Source: Octopus vulgaris (Eukaryota). Taken from it: DNA of 64,000 nt. The DNA is taken from assembly GCA_951406725.2 (NCBI GenBank), contig OX597815.1, positions 199,020,001 to 199,084,000 of the forward strand, read 5' to 3'. Below are positions 43,211 through 58,021 of this stretch, one piece after another; position 1 is the stretch's first letter, and each line of letters opens with the position of its first letter. The position numbers and the translations under genes were made by a program. A model generated the notes under the pieces. It saw only the letters and a program-made list of their open reading frames with translations, had not been told where the DNA came from and ran no database searches.

Positions 43211-43839
43211 TATATGAATATCGGTTCAGCTGATTTTAAACTATGGAAATAATTTGAGTTGCATTGTTTTTAATACAGAATACAGTTTTCAAAGATGTAA
43301 AGCTTTCGCCTTTCTGAATTCCACTCTTCGCTCCCATTTTCTAGATTTCATCTTAAGCACATTAAACAGGAAGTTTATTTAGTTTCCTTCGGGTGATTAA
43401 GTGTTTACATCGAGTAAGAAACAGAACGAGATTGTAAAGGAATGATAAAGAAAGAGTAAAAAAGACAGAGTGGAGGAATGAAATACAAAGTGTAAGAGTT
43501 GGATAATACAACAATATCAACCAATGAAAAAGCGATGACGTCCTAACGTCATGGAACGTATCCTGCGTAGCTTACAAACTCCGGAACAGAAAGTTTTAAA
43601 CCACTAAATTTACAGGCGAGTGACTACAGCAAGGCCGCCTGAAATTCCAGATGAAAGATCACAAAGGAAGAGAATAACTGCACAAAAACCTATACAAGGC
43701 AAACTGAATATACTGACAAAGCTATAACATAGGCAAGAAACTGCAAAAAATGATTTGCTTCTGTGAGGACACAAACGAATAAGCTGCAGTGACAGTTTTA
43801 AAAAAAAAGACAAGGAAAAAATAGGGAGTACTGTGTCAA

Positions 43840-43901
<62 letters not shown>

Positions 43902-43932
43902 TGATGATAGTAATAATAATAATAATGATGAT

Positions 43933-44005
<73 letters not shown>

Positions 44006-44013
44006 TGATGATG

Positions 44014-44074
<61 letters not shown>

Positions 44075-44100
44075 TGATGATAATGATAATAATGATGATG

Positions 44101-44155
<55 letters not shown>

Positions 44156-44181
44156 TGATGATAATAATAATAATGATGATG

Positions 44182-44245
<64 letters not shown>

Positions 44246-44280
44246 TGATGATAATAATAATAATAATAATAATGATGATG

Positions 44281-44311
<31 letters not shown>

Positions 44312-44319
44312 TGATGATG

Positions 44320-44374
<55 letters not shown>

Positions 44375-44376
44375 TG

Positions 44377-44446
<70 letters not shown>

Positions 44447-44454
44447 TGATGATG

Positions 44455-44500
<46 letters not shown>

Positions 44501-44622
44501 TGATGATGATGATAATAATAATAATGATGATGATAATAATAATAATAATAATAATAGTAATAATAATAATAATAATAATAATGATGATGATGATAATAAT
44601 AATAATAATAATAATAATGATG

Positions 44623-44689
<67 letters not shown>

Positions 44690-44700
44690 TGATGATGATG

Positions 44701-44745
<45 letters not shown>

Positions 44746-44791
44746 GCAATAATAATAATAATAATAAAATAATAATATTAATAATAATAGC

Positions 44792-44834
<43 letters not shown>

Positions 44835-44873
44835 TATCAATATTAATAATAATAATAATAATAAAATAATAAT

Positions 44874-44931
<58 letters not shown>

Positions 44932-44938
44932 TATCAAT

Positions 44939-44996
<58 letters not shown>

Positions 44997-45074
44997 TAAT
45001 CAATATTAATAATAATAATAATAATAAAATATCAATATTAATAATAATAATAATAATAATAATAAAATAATAAT

Positions 45075-45138
<64 letters not shown>

Positions 45139-45142
45139 TATC

Positions 45143-45176
<34 letters not shown>

Positions 45177-45204
45177 GCAATAATAATAATAATAAAATAA
45201 CAAT

Positions 45205-45247
<43 letters not shown>

Positions 45248-45254
45248 TATCAAT

Positions 45255-45315
<61 letters not shown>

Positions 45316-45322
45316 TAACAAT

Positions 45323-45380
<58 letters not shown>
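43840..45380. repeat. ~1.5-kb compound (AAT)n/(GAT)n array with higher-order units
   Basis: Directly visible; explains the poly-L/Y/H/I/M ORFs. Confidence 0.97.
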
Positions 45381-45381
<1 letters not shown>

Positions 45382-45581
45382 GCGGATCACTTTGAAGAAG
45401 TGAATGCAACATGTTCAAAATATAGCACCAAAATGTGAATTAACGAAATTCTTACTAACATCAGAAAAGGAAAAAAACAAAAATTGCTACTGTTGCGGTA
45501 CTGAGCGATCTTACTTCCATCTAATTTTGGTGTATGTAATTGGAATACCTGTGCCAATGTGGAGTTCCAAAATAAAGCGTT

Positions 45582-45751
45582 AGCGCTGGCTGTGTGGTAA
45601 GAAGCTTGCTTCACAACCACATGGTACTGGGTTCATTCCCACTGCGTGGCATCTTGGACAAGTGTCTTCTACTACAGCCTCGGGCCGACCAAAGCCTTGT
45701 GAGTGGATTTGGTAGACGGAAACTGAAAGAAGCCCGTCGTATATATATATG

Positions 45752-45840
<89 letters not shown>

Positions 45841-46046
45841 TTGCGTCTGTTTTTGTCCCCTCAACATCTCTTGACAACCGATACTGGTATGTTTACGTCC
45901 CCGTAACTTAGCAGTCCAGCGAAAGAAACCGATAGAATAAGTACTAGGCTTACAAAGAATAAGTCCAGGATCTATTTGTTCGACTAAAGACAGTACTCCA
46001 GCATGGCCGCAGTCAAATGACTGAAACAAGTAAAAGAATAAAAGAG
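45582..46046 (+). mobile_element. CORE-like tRNA SINE, full length
   Basis: TGGCTGTGTGGTAAG A box, GGGTTCATTCCC B box, CTTGGACAAGTGTCTT, internal (TA)n(TG)n, tail AAAAGAATAAAAGAG. Confidence 0.88.
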
Positions 46047-46471
46047 TACGCTCATGTGTCTAACAAGCATTTTTAGTGTCCCTCTGAGCAATAGATCCTT
46101 TGATAAACCCTAAAGATAATAGCAACCATGTTTCCAGATTGAGTCGACTAATCGGGTACTCTCGATTTTCGTTAAAACTACTATCAGGAGTCGATCACTC
46201 ACTACTACTCGCTGATTGAGATTGAAAGTAATGATATATGAACTGTACGTATGGTCAGCTGACTGTCCTTAATAATATATTGGTTTCTCGACATTTACTT
46301 CATCTTCCAGCATATAAGGTGAAATTTATTTTCCGAAAAATTCCCCCTCACTTTACCCCCAGAAGCTTCCTGAACCTTATATTCTTATATTCTTATATTC
46401 GTCACCATCATCATCACACTTCTCTTACTAGTCGAACAGTGCGATAAATAGACCTTCCAGTTTCGCAATAT

Positions 46472-46621
46472 ATATTTCTTTATTGCTCACAAGGGGCTAA
46501 ACACAGAGAGGACAAACAAGGACAGACAAAGGAATTAAGTCGATTGCATCGACCCAGTGCGTAATTGGTACTTAATTTATCGAACCCGAAAGGATGAAAG
46601 GCAAAGTCGACCTCGGCGGAA
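46472..46621 (-). mobile_element. Nin-domain SINE 3' part
   Basis: TTTCTTTATTGCTCACAAGGGGCTAAAC...GAAAGGATGAAAGGCAAAGTCGACC. Confidence 0.85.
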
Positions 46622-46629
46622 TATACTGA

Positions 46630-46830
46630 GAGCCAGAGGTAGGCTAGACGAAATGACGTTTCTCTTCGGCGAAGCCCTCATAAACTTTTTCAGTTCCATT
46701 TGGAGAAGAAAAAGGGAAGAGAAAAAAGGGAAGAGCTGCTCCAAAACGAATTTATGTACAGACGGAAGATTGGGGCAAAAATGGTCAGGGTGAGCAAAAT
46801 TACTCTATGCATGGCCACAATCCAAAGACA
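46630..46830 (+). pseudogene. Second, older fragment of the Tx1-like ORF2 C-terminus
   Basis: TFLFGEALINFF matches TFLFGQSLINFF near 28485. Confidence 0.6.
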
Positions 46831-47741
46831 AAAACCGCTAAAAAAAAAAGAGAGAGAGAGAGAGAGAGTCCGTACCAGGAGACGCTGGTGATATTTGTCA
46901 TATTTGACCATGGGCTTGCAAGTAAGGGTAATAGGTTATTTTATTTTAATTTTATGATAAGCTAGTAGTTTCTTATTCATGTACGTCCCTCTTCTTTACA
47001 CTACGGATGCTGGCGAAGGGAAGGCCAAGGAGCGATACACCTTAACATCAGTGTGATTGCTGGTGCTACCCTCGGAAAGTAAAGAACCGTAAAAATACCG
47101 CAAGGTATTCTGTCCAACCCGCTAACGAATCTACCGACTTCTCGCTTTACACATACAGACACACATTACACATGCATATACACACAAGCATATGCGTACG
47201 TTTGCCTATGAGTGCATTTGTAAATATATACAGATACATACACAGATTTTTATTTTCGCATGTGTGTGTGTGTGTGTGTGTGTGTATACATGTGTTTATC
47301 TTCAGACATCCGATATTAAAAATTATACCTGACTAAATGCTGATTTGAGACTGAAAAAGAGAAACCAAGGACAAACCCAAGTGACAAGGACATAAAACTT
47401 TGTGTCTGTCGTTTACCGAACGACTGCACTAGCGATTATTTCATGCTGAGTGCATTTCCTCTTCTTTCTGAATATAAGTATAGAAATACTTACCATCTTT
47501 TCTGACTTAGCATTATAATCTCCCCGGGCATCTCGCCTGATTCACAAATAATTGGTCAGCCACTTAGCACAGCAGGACTAGCTACTTTTACTAATGTCCA
47601 ACACTGCAAAGTATTACATAGACATTTGTTATTTCCGACGAGATTTAAAGGCAAGAATTTAAACAAATTTTCAAGCAACAGCTAAGATTTTAGATATGAA
47701 TAATGTTATAGAAATAATATTATTCATCTCAGTATAATAAT

Positions 47742-48331
47742 CCTTTCTACTATAAGTACAAGGTCTGAAATTTTGTGGGAGCGAGGGGCCAGTCGCTTAG
47801 ATCGACCCCAGTATTTCACTGGTACTTAATTTATCGACCCCTAAAGGATGAAAAGCAAAGTCGACCTCGGCAGAATTTGAACTCAGAACGTAGCGGCAGA
47901 CGAAATACCTATTTCTATTTCTTTACTACCCACAAGGGGCTAAACACAGAGAGGACAAACAAAGACAGACAAACGGATTAAGTCGATTATATCGCCCCCA
48001 GTGCGTAAATGGTACTTATTTAATCGACCCCGAAAGGATGAAAGACAAAGTCGACCTCGGCGGAATTTGAACTCAGAACGTAGCGGCAGACGAAATACCT
48101 ATTTCTTTACTACCCACAAGGGGCTAAACACAGAGAGGACAAACAAGGACAAACAAACGGATTAAGTCGATTATATCGCCCCCAGTGCGTAACTGGTACT
48201 TATTTAATCGACCCCGAAAGGATGAAAGACAAAGTCGATCTCGGCGGAATTTGAACTCAGAACGTAGCGGCAGACGAAATACTGGTAAGCATTTCGCTCG
48301 GAGTGCTAAGGATTCTGCCTGTTCGCCGCCT
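47742..48331 (-). mobile_element. Trimeric Nin-domain SINE with ~19-bp TSD
   Basis: TTCAT(C/T)TCAGTATAATAAT at 47723-47741 and 48332-48350; three body units, one head. Confidence 0.9.
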
Positions 48332-49639
48332 TTCATTTCAGTATAATAATATTGTCCGGTTTGTTACTGTATTATTAAAGGACCGTGAATTGACAATCGT
48401 TAGAGCGCCAGGAAACAAAACATGTTTTGTCGTTCGTTTTTGTTCCAAGATTTTACTAATTTGAAATTGCCCCCGCCGTCAACAATACTTTTCTTCCTTT
48501 TGTTAAAATAAAGTATGAATCAAGTATTGGAGACGATGGTATCCTCTCACACACACACTTCTAAATTGACCTTAAGTTAGAAGTAGTTGTTACTGTATTT
48601 TTAAGACGGTAGATCAACAGAGTTATTTCAGAGTCGATAAGAATTCCTTGCGTTATTTTCTCCTATTCTTTGGACTCTGAGCTCAAACCACAAAGAGGAT
48701 TTGTTTGTCTTTAATCAATTTCAAAAAGTACCAGTGAAGAATTTGAGTCGTGATTTCTCTATTTGCCATCCATATTTTCAAAAAATTGCAGAAGGGACTA
48801 GCAACCTCATCTGAAAGAATTAATGTGATACTGGAACTATTCAAGAGTGGATTACTGTTCGCTATGGAACCGAATGAATTCGTAATTTCTATCTGTTGTG
48901 AAACGCATATTTAACGCTGTCCAATATACCATTCCTGGCAAAACGCAGAGCTTTTCGTTGGTTCGATTGAGAGTTCCTTATTCACTCAAGAATTAGCAAA
49001 TTTTGTAGGTATCTTGTTGGAAAAGTCATTACAACCTTGGATTGAATAATTTGCGGTATTTCTTCCTGATTTCAACTCCTTTCGATGTCAAATTTGATTT
49101 CTATCCTTTCAGGGTCAATAAATAAACGACTAATCTTCTGCTGGGTCTGTTCTCCTTCAATCTAGAAATAAGAAATTGGTCAGATTGAAAAATAAAAAAT
49201 GCCCAGTATATACTGTATGACATGACACCACCCCAAAGTAGTTGAGTACCAAAGTATGCAAGAAATATCTTTGATATTTTTGTTTATGCACAGATCCGCC
49301 CTGATCAAGCAGCATAACTTAAGAACTTCTAATCCTGACTATTCTGTGTAGCTTTTCAGATATTGTGGGTCACATTTTAGCGTGCCGAGTTTTCATCTAA
49401 AGACTCAATACTTGGTTCCAGGTTGGTATAGTTTTGTTGGTACTTGACACATAGTCGACTTTGATCAGGCACAAATATGACTGAAGGTGTTCCAACTCAT
49501 ATTATAACATATGCGTTTACTTCCTCGGGCAATGCGTGAATGTGATCAGCATCAACGGAAACTTGTTGATAAAATGGCACATCAAACAAATAGTCCAATG
49601 TCATTTAACCCGTGTGTGTTACGATTCTTTAATCTTAGG

Positions 49640-49987
49640 TTCGAGCAAATCGACCCCAGGACTTATTCTTTGTAAGCCTAGTACTTATTCTATCGGTCAC
49701 TTTTGCCGAACTGCTAAGTTACGGGGACGTAAACACATCAGCATCGGTTTTCAAGCGATGTTGGGGTGACAAACACAGACACACAAACATATACACACAC
49801 ATACACACACACACACATATATATATATAAATACATATATACGACGGGCTTCTTTCAGTTTCCGTCTACCAAATTCACTCACAAGGCTTTGGTCGGCCCG
49901 AGGCTATAGTATAAGAAACTTGCCCAAGGTGCCACGCAGAGGGACTGAACTCGGAACCATCTGGCTGGTAAGCAAGCTACTTACCAC
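49640..49987 (-). mobile_element. CORE-like tRNA SINE
   Basis: Reverse complement of the 45582-46046 family. Confidence 0.85.
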
Positions 49988-50090
49988 AGAGAGAGAGAGA
50001 TATAGCAGAAAGATAGACAAACAGACACATAGATGGATAGATTAATAGATAGATAAATAAACAGAAAGCTAGACAGACAGGCAGGCAGAC

Positions 50091-50174
<84 letters not shown>

Positions 50175-50175
<1 letters not shown>

Positions 50176-50214
50176 TGTTTCTTTATTCGCCACACAGGGC
50201 TGCACACAGACGGG
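50175..50214 (-). mobile_element. 40-bp 3'-terminal stub of the GATA-associated non-LTR element
   Basis: ATGTTTCTTTATTCGCCACACAGGGCTGCACACAGA within pure (GATA)n; matches 17603-17638. Confidence 0.75.
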
Positions 50215-50280
<66 letters not shown>

Positions 50281-51039
50281 GTAGACAGACAGACAGACAC
50301 ACAGACAGACAGACAGACAGAGTGACATTATTTCTCGCTTCTGCTTTTGTAAAGACGGTGCTTTGTGATTTTACGTGTAATTTCGTTGCGCTTTCTGTTT
50401 AGAAACTCCGTAGAATAAGAACAGGTTATTTTATTAAATAAGAGGAATTATTTACTTTCTTTTTTTATGTATTATATTTATCTTATACTTTTTTATTATT
50501 ATTATTATTTTTTTTTTTTTTTGCTTCTTTCGTATTCCTTCACTGCATCCATGTAACTTTTTACCTCGTTGTGTGAACGTCTATACACTCAGTACATTTT
50601 TTTTTTTACATCTTGTTGTTGTTGTTGATGTTGCTCGCTTTGTTTATCTCGTTGTTTCTTTTTTTTTTTTTTTTGGTGGTGGTCTTGGATTCTTAACTGT
50701 TGATGTTTTTTGGGGGTTTTTTTTTGCAATTATGCGACAGTCGTGTTGCCGTTGTTGTTTTCTTGTAGTTCTTCTTGAATTACAAACGCCTAAAAAAAAA
50801 AAAGAAAAAAGAAACCAAAATAATAAAAAATCAAAAATAAATAAATAAACAGAAAAACTCTTTTAAATAGCAGAGAGAATCAAGACTAAATTTTAAGCAG
50901 CAGTCATTTAAAGACCATTTTATATTATTGAGGCATCTTATTGTCACAGCGAAATTCCATTATAGTTATGACGTGATTGGTATTGCTGTTTTGATGGGCT
51001 GTGAATGCTGTTGTTGGTGTTCTTGCTGCGATGAGGGTG

Positions 51040-51299
51040 AGGGGCGGGGATGGTGGTGATGGTAGTGGTGGTGGTGGTGGTGATATTGGTGGTGGTGTTG
51101 GTGGTGGTGGTGTTGGTGGTGGTGGTGGCAATTGTGGTCATGGTGATAATAATGGCGGTGATTCTTATTCGTATGGCGGTGATTTCTGCTGTGCTGTTGT
51201 TGTGACTGTTCTGCTCTTTCTCTCTCTCTCTCACTATTTCTCTATCTCTCTGTCTATCTATCTTACTCACTTTCTCTACCTCTTTCTCATTCTCTGTCC

Positions 51300-51349
<50 letters not shown>

Positions 51350-51440
51350 ATATGTCCATCTATCTTATTCACTCTCTCTCCCTCTTTCTCATTCTCTGTC
51401 CCTTCTTCTCTCTCTCCCTTTCTCTCTCTCTCTATATATA

Positions 51441-51478
<38 letters not shown>

Positions 51479-51616
51479 ACACACTCTCTCTCCCTCTTTC
51501 TCATTCTCTGTCCCTTCTCTCTCTCTCCCTCTTTCTCATTCTCTTCCCTTCTCTTTCTCTCTCTCTTTCTCTATCTCTCTATCTATCTTCACTCTCTCTC
51601 CCTCTCTCTCTCTCCT

Positions 51617-51661
<45 letters not shown>

Positions 51662-51840
51662 CCCCCACCCGCTACCCTTATTATCATAGTCGCTATTAAA
51701 GCCTCTCTGGCTGTGCTTCCTCGTTGTTGCAGATATATGTACTTGTCTTATCATTGTTGTTGTCTCCAGCAATTGTTGTAGCTGCCACCATTGTCGTTAT
51801 TTTTGTTGCTGTTGTTACTACTACTACTACTACTACTACA

Positions 51841-51894
<54 letters not shown>

Positions 51895-51962
51895 GCTGCT
51901 GCTACGGCTACTGCTGCTGTTTCTGTCCTTGCTTTTGCTATTGTTATTGCTGTTCCTACTGT

Positions 51963-52011
<49 letters not shown>

Positions 52012-52058
52012 GCTGCTACCATTGTTGTTATTTCTGTTGTTATTTCTGTTGCTGTTGT

Positions 52059-52101
<43 letters not shown>

Positions 52102-52383
52102 GCTGCTGCTGCTACGGCTACTGCTGCTTCTGTCCCTGCTTTTGCTATTGTTATTGCTGTTCCTACTGTTGCTGTTGAAGTTATTACAATTTTCCTCGTC
52201 GTCCTTATCTTTGTTACTGTAACTGCTGTTCTTATTACCATCGTCGGCGTGATCGTTTTTGTTGGCTTTCGTAGTTGTTGTTATTGCTGTTGTTGTTGTT
52301 ATTATCGCTATTGTTGTCGTTGCTGCTGCTGCTGCTGCTGTTGCCTTTGTCATCATCATCATCATCGTGGTCGTGGTCGTGGA

Positions 52384-52416
<33 letters not shown>

Positions 52417-52430
52417 CGTTGTTATTCTTC
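51040..52430. repeat. Low-complexity field (GGT, TC, CTA, CTG, GTT) with internal 100-220-bp tandem duplications
   Basis: TCTATCTTA..CACT..CTCTTTCTCATTCTCTGTCC occurs three times (51255-51545); GCTGCTACGGCTACTGCTGCT...GCTTTTGCTATTGTTATTGCTGTTCCTACTGTT occurs twice (51895, 52105). Confidence 0.85.
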
Positions 52431-52602
52431 TGCCGAGTAATCTTCCGTTCAAAGCTTTGCATATCCGACAAAGCCAGTTAATCGTTGTGCCGCTTCAACA
52501 ATTTCTGAAGATTGTTCATTTCAAGTCTAGAATATTGATGTCTACAGTAGGGTGTCTGCTTCTGGTACTTTTCAAAAGACAGCACACACACACACATATA
52601 CA

Positions 52603-52679
<77 letters not shown>

Positions 52680-52818
52680 ACTGACACACACACATACGCA
52701 GGCACACACAAACACAAATACAATTGCATACATACATACAGACACGCAAACACAAAATATAAACATACACATAAAAATGTATGCATTTGTGCATGTGTGT
52801 GTGTGTATACAATGTGTG

Positions 52819-52849
<31 letters not shown>

Positions 52850-53471
52850 ATGTATATATATGTGTGTGTGAGTTAGTGTATATGTGTATATATGTATATC
52901 TATAAATATATATATATACGTATATATGCAAATATATATACACATATATATGTATATATATATATATATATATACATCTATATAAATATATATGCATATG
53001 TATATATATATGTATGTATGTGTTTGTACGTATATATACATATATATATATGTCCGTATGTATGTATAAGCATATAAACATACATGCACGAGGCTTCCAC
53101 ATAATTCCATATTCTCTATCACCATATCCACCAATCCTGTTACCTCCCCCTACTAACTCATGCTACAAAAGAATTTCCTTCCATTTAGCTTTGCAGCATA
53201 ATTGATCGGAATATTCTTTTGATATCCATATTGGATGTCACCAGAAGTTCGTGTATCTCACTTGTGTCTGTGCATTGTCTTCGCGTTTGTCAATATGCCG
53301 GCCGTACAAATTACGTACGCGAGTGTGTATGTACAGAGAGACCAATGGAGGACAGAGAGAGGTAGTGAAAAATCCATATGCATGTATGTATGTATATATA
53401 TATATATACATACACATATATATAGATATTCATACATACATATATACATACATACATATATATATTTATAA

Positions 53472-53523
<52 letters not shown>

Positions 53524-53812
53524 GTATATATATATATATGTATGTATATATATACATATACATAGGTATGTAGGTAGGTATATGTGAGTACGTATTCCCC
53601 CGCCATATGGACGTAGAGACGGCCATATATATTTGTACGTACATCAGAACCAAGAGTCACAGAAGACTTCCACATGATTAATGTCGGATCAGCCAAAAAG
53701 ACAACATGTGACGCACAGACACACATAATATATGTATTTATGTGTGCTGAGCATTCATATGCAATATAATATATGCACATATGTGTATAAATATTTTTGT
53801 ATACACTGCTTC

Positions 53813-53876
<64 letters not shown>

Positions 53877-54175
53877 ATATATATATATAGCTGTGTGGAG
53901 TGTTCTTGTCTGCTGTATGAACGTAACTGCGTCTACCTGTGCATATTTGCATGTATACGGCATTACCACAAAAATCATAAAAAATACCCGGATTATGTTT
54001 ATTTGTAAAGAAGAACAAAAATAAACGTTTGTTGGGAATTAAGATTAGTCTTGTAATATCAGTAAAGTATTCAATTCCTGTAATCCTGCATGTGCAATAC
54101 GAATGCGTATATGTGGTTGTGTGCGTGTATGTGTATGCCTGCGTGTGTGTGTGTGCATGTGTGCATATATATATA

Positions 54176-54222
<47 letters not shown>

Positions 54223-54320
54223 ATGCTCATATTAATGTATGTATATATGTATGTGTACGTATATACATTTTACATACAGATGTTTTATATTTGTACATAC
54301 ACACACGCGCTTATTTATAT

Positions 54321-54470
54321 GTGATGGCTCAACAGGCCGAAACGTCGAAGTCACTATCAATAATATTCTTGTTTAAGAATAGTAAATCTGGACTCTTCAA
54401 AAGTATAGAGTAACCCACCAGATTAATGCAAAATCGTTCCTATTATAACTGAACTTAAAAGCAAACGTCA
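54321..54470 (+). mobile_element. 5'-truncated PLE-type fragment with partial hammerhead
   Basis: TGAT-GGC-TCAACAG-GCC-GAAA-CG-TC-GAAG, between TA-rich tracts. Confidence 0.5.
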
Positions 54471-54489
54471 TATATATATACATACATAC

Positions 54490-54523
<34 letters not shown>

Positions 54524-54632
54524 TTATACATATATACATATATATATATACATATATACATATATATATACATATATATATATATATGTATACATATATG
54601 CATGTATGTATGTATGTATGTATGTATGTATG

Positions 54633-54670
<38 letters not shown>

Positions 54671-54690
54671 TGCATGTATGTATGTATATA

Positions 54691-54789
<99 letters not shown>

Positions 54790-55857
54790 GCTGACTGATC
54801 CACAACTAAGCTGATTCGCAAGACTACTTGGGATCATGCTTGAAATAGCTGTAACGTGACCAGCTCGAATTAGCTGCAAAGTCTCACGCACACGGATAAA
54901 TTTTGTCCTTGGTAAACTATGTCTACCAAAATAAAGGGCTGGTCACTTATGGAATGCTCTACCGCCCAGAGGTTTGCTACTCTCGGGCTTAACCTGAGTT
55001 TGAAATGACGTTAAGTAACATTTTTATAAGCAAGAATTCATCTCATCATCTCCCGGTCGCCATTGATCCAGGTTCTGCGTATCTGCATTATTTTTGGTCA
55101 TATGAGGATGTGGGATAAGTTTCCTCCTGGATAAGACGCTTGTCTGGTTTACGTACTTTTATTATTTTGTCATTTTACTGTTTTACTTAACACAGCAAAC
55201 CAAAGTTTACACTTGGTAATTCCGAAACTTCTGCTGCTAATTTTTGTAAGTTGTATTGTATCGCAATATTTTCATCTACTAAATCCAAACGATGGGACAT
55301 CAACATCGACCTGTGACCTACTAGAAATCGCAGCTTAAATTTCTTTTACATCACGCCGTGCTATTTCAATAAACTACTGGAAGGACACTTTAGATAATGT
55401 GTCCTTCCATACTAAAACGGGGCAAAAGAAAGACAGAAAGAAAGAAAGAAAAAAAGAAAGAAGGAAGGAAGGAAAGGACTTCATGGATAGTGCTGGAATA
55501 CCATCGATCAAGTCTAACCTAGAGACAAACAACAGCAGCAATAACAGCAACTACAACGACAGCATTTAAAGTTAAGTGGATTAGACAGTTCAGAGTCGAA
55601 CTGGCTTCACCTGCAGAAAAAACAAAGCCAGCCAGTGTCTTAGCTTGTTGCTCAATCATCTTTTGGTCTGGACATCTGCGTTTCCCTGTCAAAAACAATA
55701 TTATTATTGAACTTTTTATTCGTCTCTTTCTTCTACTTTCTGTCTTTTATTTATATACCTATTCTCCCGTGGTTTCGCAAAGATTTTTATCTTTTATCTA
55801 CAGATTCTAGATTGTTCGAAGATTTATCTTTTTTATTTTCTTTTAATAGTTAATACA

Positions 55858-55925
<68 letters not shown>

Positions 55926-55989
55926 CATACATACATATATACGTATATACCTTTCCTTTCATCCTTTCTAATTTGATAAACTATATATA

Positions 55990-56045
<56 letters not shown>

Positions 56046-56077
56046 ATATATTTATATATATATGTTATATATATATA

Positions 56078-57178
56078 CTAGCAGTATCACCCGGTGTTGC
56101 TTAGGTTTGTTTCGACCCTTTAGAATTGGAATTTTTGAAAAGTAAAAATTCTGCATTATGCAACTTGTTATTCACTTCAAGTGAACATTTTTCCAGTTGA
56201 AATACACCGAAAAATGGTGACACAGCAGTCAAAAATCGTAAAAAATAGGGATTTTCATAGAAAAAAGCACCTTTTTGATGTAAATAATTTTTGGGGATAA
56301 CATGGTCCGATTTGAATTTTGTCTCCTACAGAATGAAGAGCAAGCCTTCTTCTATCATACTCTCAATTTTGGTCAACTTGCGCTGCAGGGTCTCGAAGGA
56401 GATAGTGTTAGTTAAAGGCTACCAAACCTGCCACACACAGACAACTTCATCCTTAATAATGAAACTTGGTAGATCCAAAAGTTAAACACACATACACACA
56501 CACAGATACACACACAGACACACAAGTTGAGTTTTATATATATATAGATTTGTCAACGGGGATTTCAGGGGAGAGTTTCAGGGAATCGCTGGCGATGTAT
56601 CGTGATGATCAAAAATCCGGCCTGCTAAAATTTGGTTAAAGTGATTCAAACTGCAGACTCAACGCAAAATGGTCACATTTAATTCAAAGCGTTAAAAATG
56701 TTAAGAAAACAATTGGTACGTGTTCACAAAGTCCAAACGATTAATACGAAAAAAAAAACCTCCAGGCTACATCCTGAAAATTCATTTCTTTGACGAATTT
56801 CTACAATGTTTACGGCGATTCGTTTTTATATCTTGATTTTTTATTTTTCATGCAATTTACGCATGCTTGCACGCGTGGTGAACACAGTTCACGTCAAACA
56901 GCTGACTGAGTAAAGTTCACAATTCAATGCATGGGATAAGGCCTAAACAAACACATTGTCGATGTTTGCAATTGCGAGATGAATTTCGGAACAGAAATAG
57001 CGCAGTTCAATTTTCATTCGCCTAAACTTTAAGTGACCCATTTTTGGTGGTTCTACGATTTGTTGGCTAGAAGGAGATGTGCCTGGAAGTTAAACACACA
57101 GACACACACACAGATACACACACAGACACACACACAGATGCACACACAGACACACAAGTTGAGTTTTATAAATATAGA
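56078..57178 (-). mobile_element. Composite non-autonomous Helitron with two 5' ends
   Basis: Minus-strand 3' end: decayed hairpin then ACTGCTAG|T at 56078. Two near-identical 5' ends, A|TCTATAT(A/T)TAT..AAAACTCAACTTGTGTGTCTG, at 56548 and 57178. Confidence 0.75.
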
Positions 57179-57419
57179 TATACATATATAAGGTAGAATC
57201 GGTAGATCCTCGGAAAAATTTTTTATGGTACACATTTGTTCCAGTTCTTTGACATTTTTAGTTCAAAATTACGCCATTTTTCAACTTTACCTTTTATATT
57301 CCGCTGTCGATAAAATAAAATCACCGTGCAGGGGGTGGGCAGAGCTTAGCGGAATTGTGTGTTGAGAAGAATGCATCAATTTTCTATAATACATATTTTG
57401 ACTCTTTATCTTCTAAGTG

Positions 57420-57566
57420 TGGAAGGGCGTGGATTAGTAGTTAGTGTGTTGGATTCATAATCGTAAGATTGTACTTTCGATTCTTGGACCATTTCACATT
57501 GCTGCAGTCCACTCAGTTTGCAGAAATAAGTAATCTTGCAACAGAACGGCGTCCCGTACAGGTTGG

Positions 57567-57619
<53 letters not shown>

Positions 57620-57645
57620 ATGGAAACCGGGTAAATTGTCCTATC
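57420..57645 (+). mobile_element. Meta-domain-like tRNA SINE (degraded)
   Basis: CAGTCCACTCAG...GGCGTCCCGTACAG...GGAAACCGGG. Confidence 0.7.
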
Positions 57646-57774
57646 GGTTTATTTACTCAGGAAGGATTTTTTTTTACCCTCTAAATATCCATGTGGCATG
57701 GCGAAGATTTTTATCTATAGAGTGAAAGACAATGTCATGTAAAAATTAATCCAACTGGAAGCAACCAATAAAAT

Positions 57775-57997
57775 AAAATAAATACGCCCTTTTTTAAAGC
57801 CTAGCCAGCCTCATGGGCCCGGTTTCCCGGTTTCTATGGCTTATGTGTTCTCCAGCTGGACGGGACGCCAGTCCATCGCAGCGTTACTCATTTTTGCCAG
57901 CTGAGTGGACTGGAGCAATTTGAAATGAAGTGTTTTGCTCAAGAACACAACGTGTCGCCAGGTCCAAGAATCGAAACCACAATCTTACGATCATGAT
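57775..57997 (-). mobile_element. Meta-domain-like tRNA SINE
   Basis: Minus strand GTGTTCTTGAGCAAAACACTT..GCTCCAGTCCACTCAGCTG..AAATGAGTA..GCGATGGACTGGCGTCCCGTCCAG..GAAACCGGG. Confidence 0.8.
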
Positions 57998-58021
57998 ACG
58001 GACGAAATGCTGCTGAACATT

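Noticed and set aside
43500-43600. CCAAT/TGACGTC/CCGGAA motif group
   Set aside because: Short motifs without a clear GC island; could occur by chance.
43610-44793. Longest ORFs (379, 331 and 256 aa)
   Set aside because: Pure AAT/GAT repeat translations.
51696-52684. Mucin-like or Cys/His-rich ORFs
   Set aside because: Overlapping ORFs in all frames from trinucleotide runs; no splice or domain support.
55612-55687. Possible small minus-strand exon (TTTTTGACAG ... CAG|GTGAAG)
   Set aside because: Weak donor, no recognisable peptide, no partner exons.
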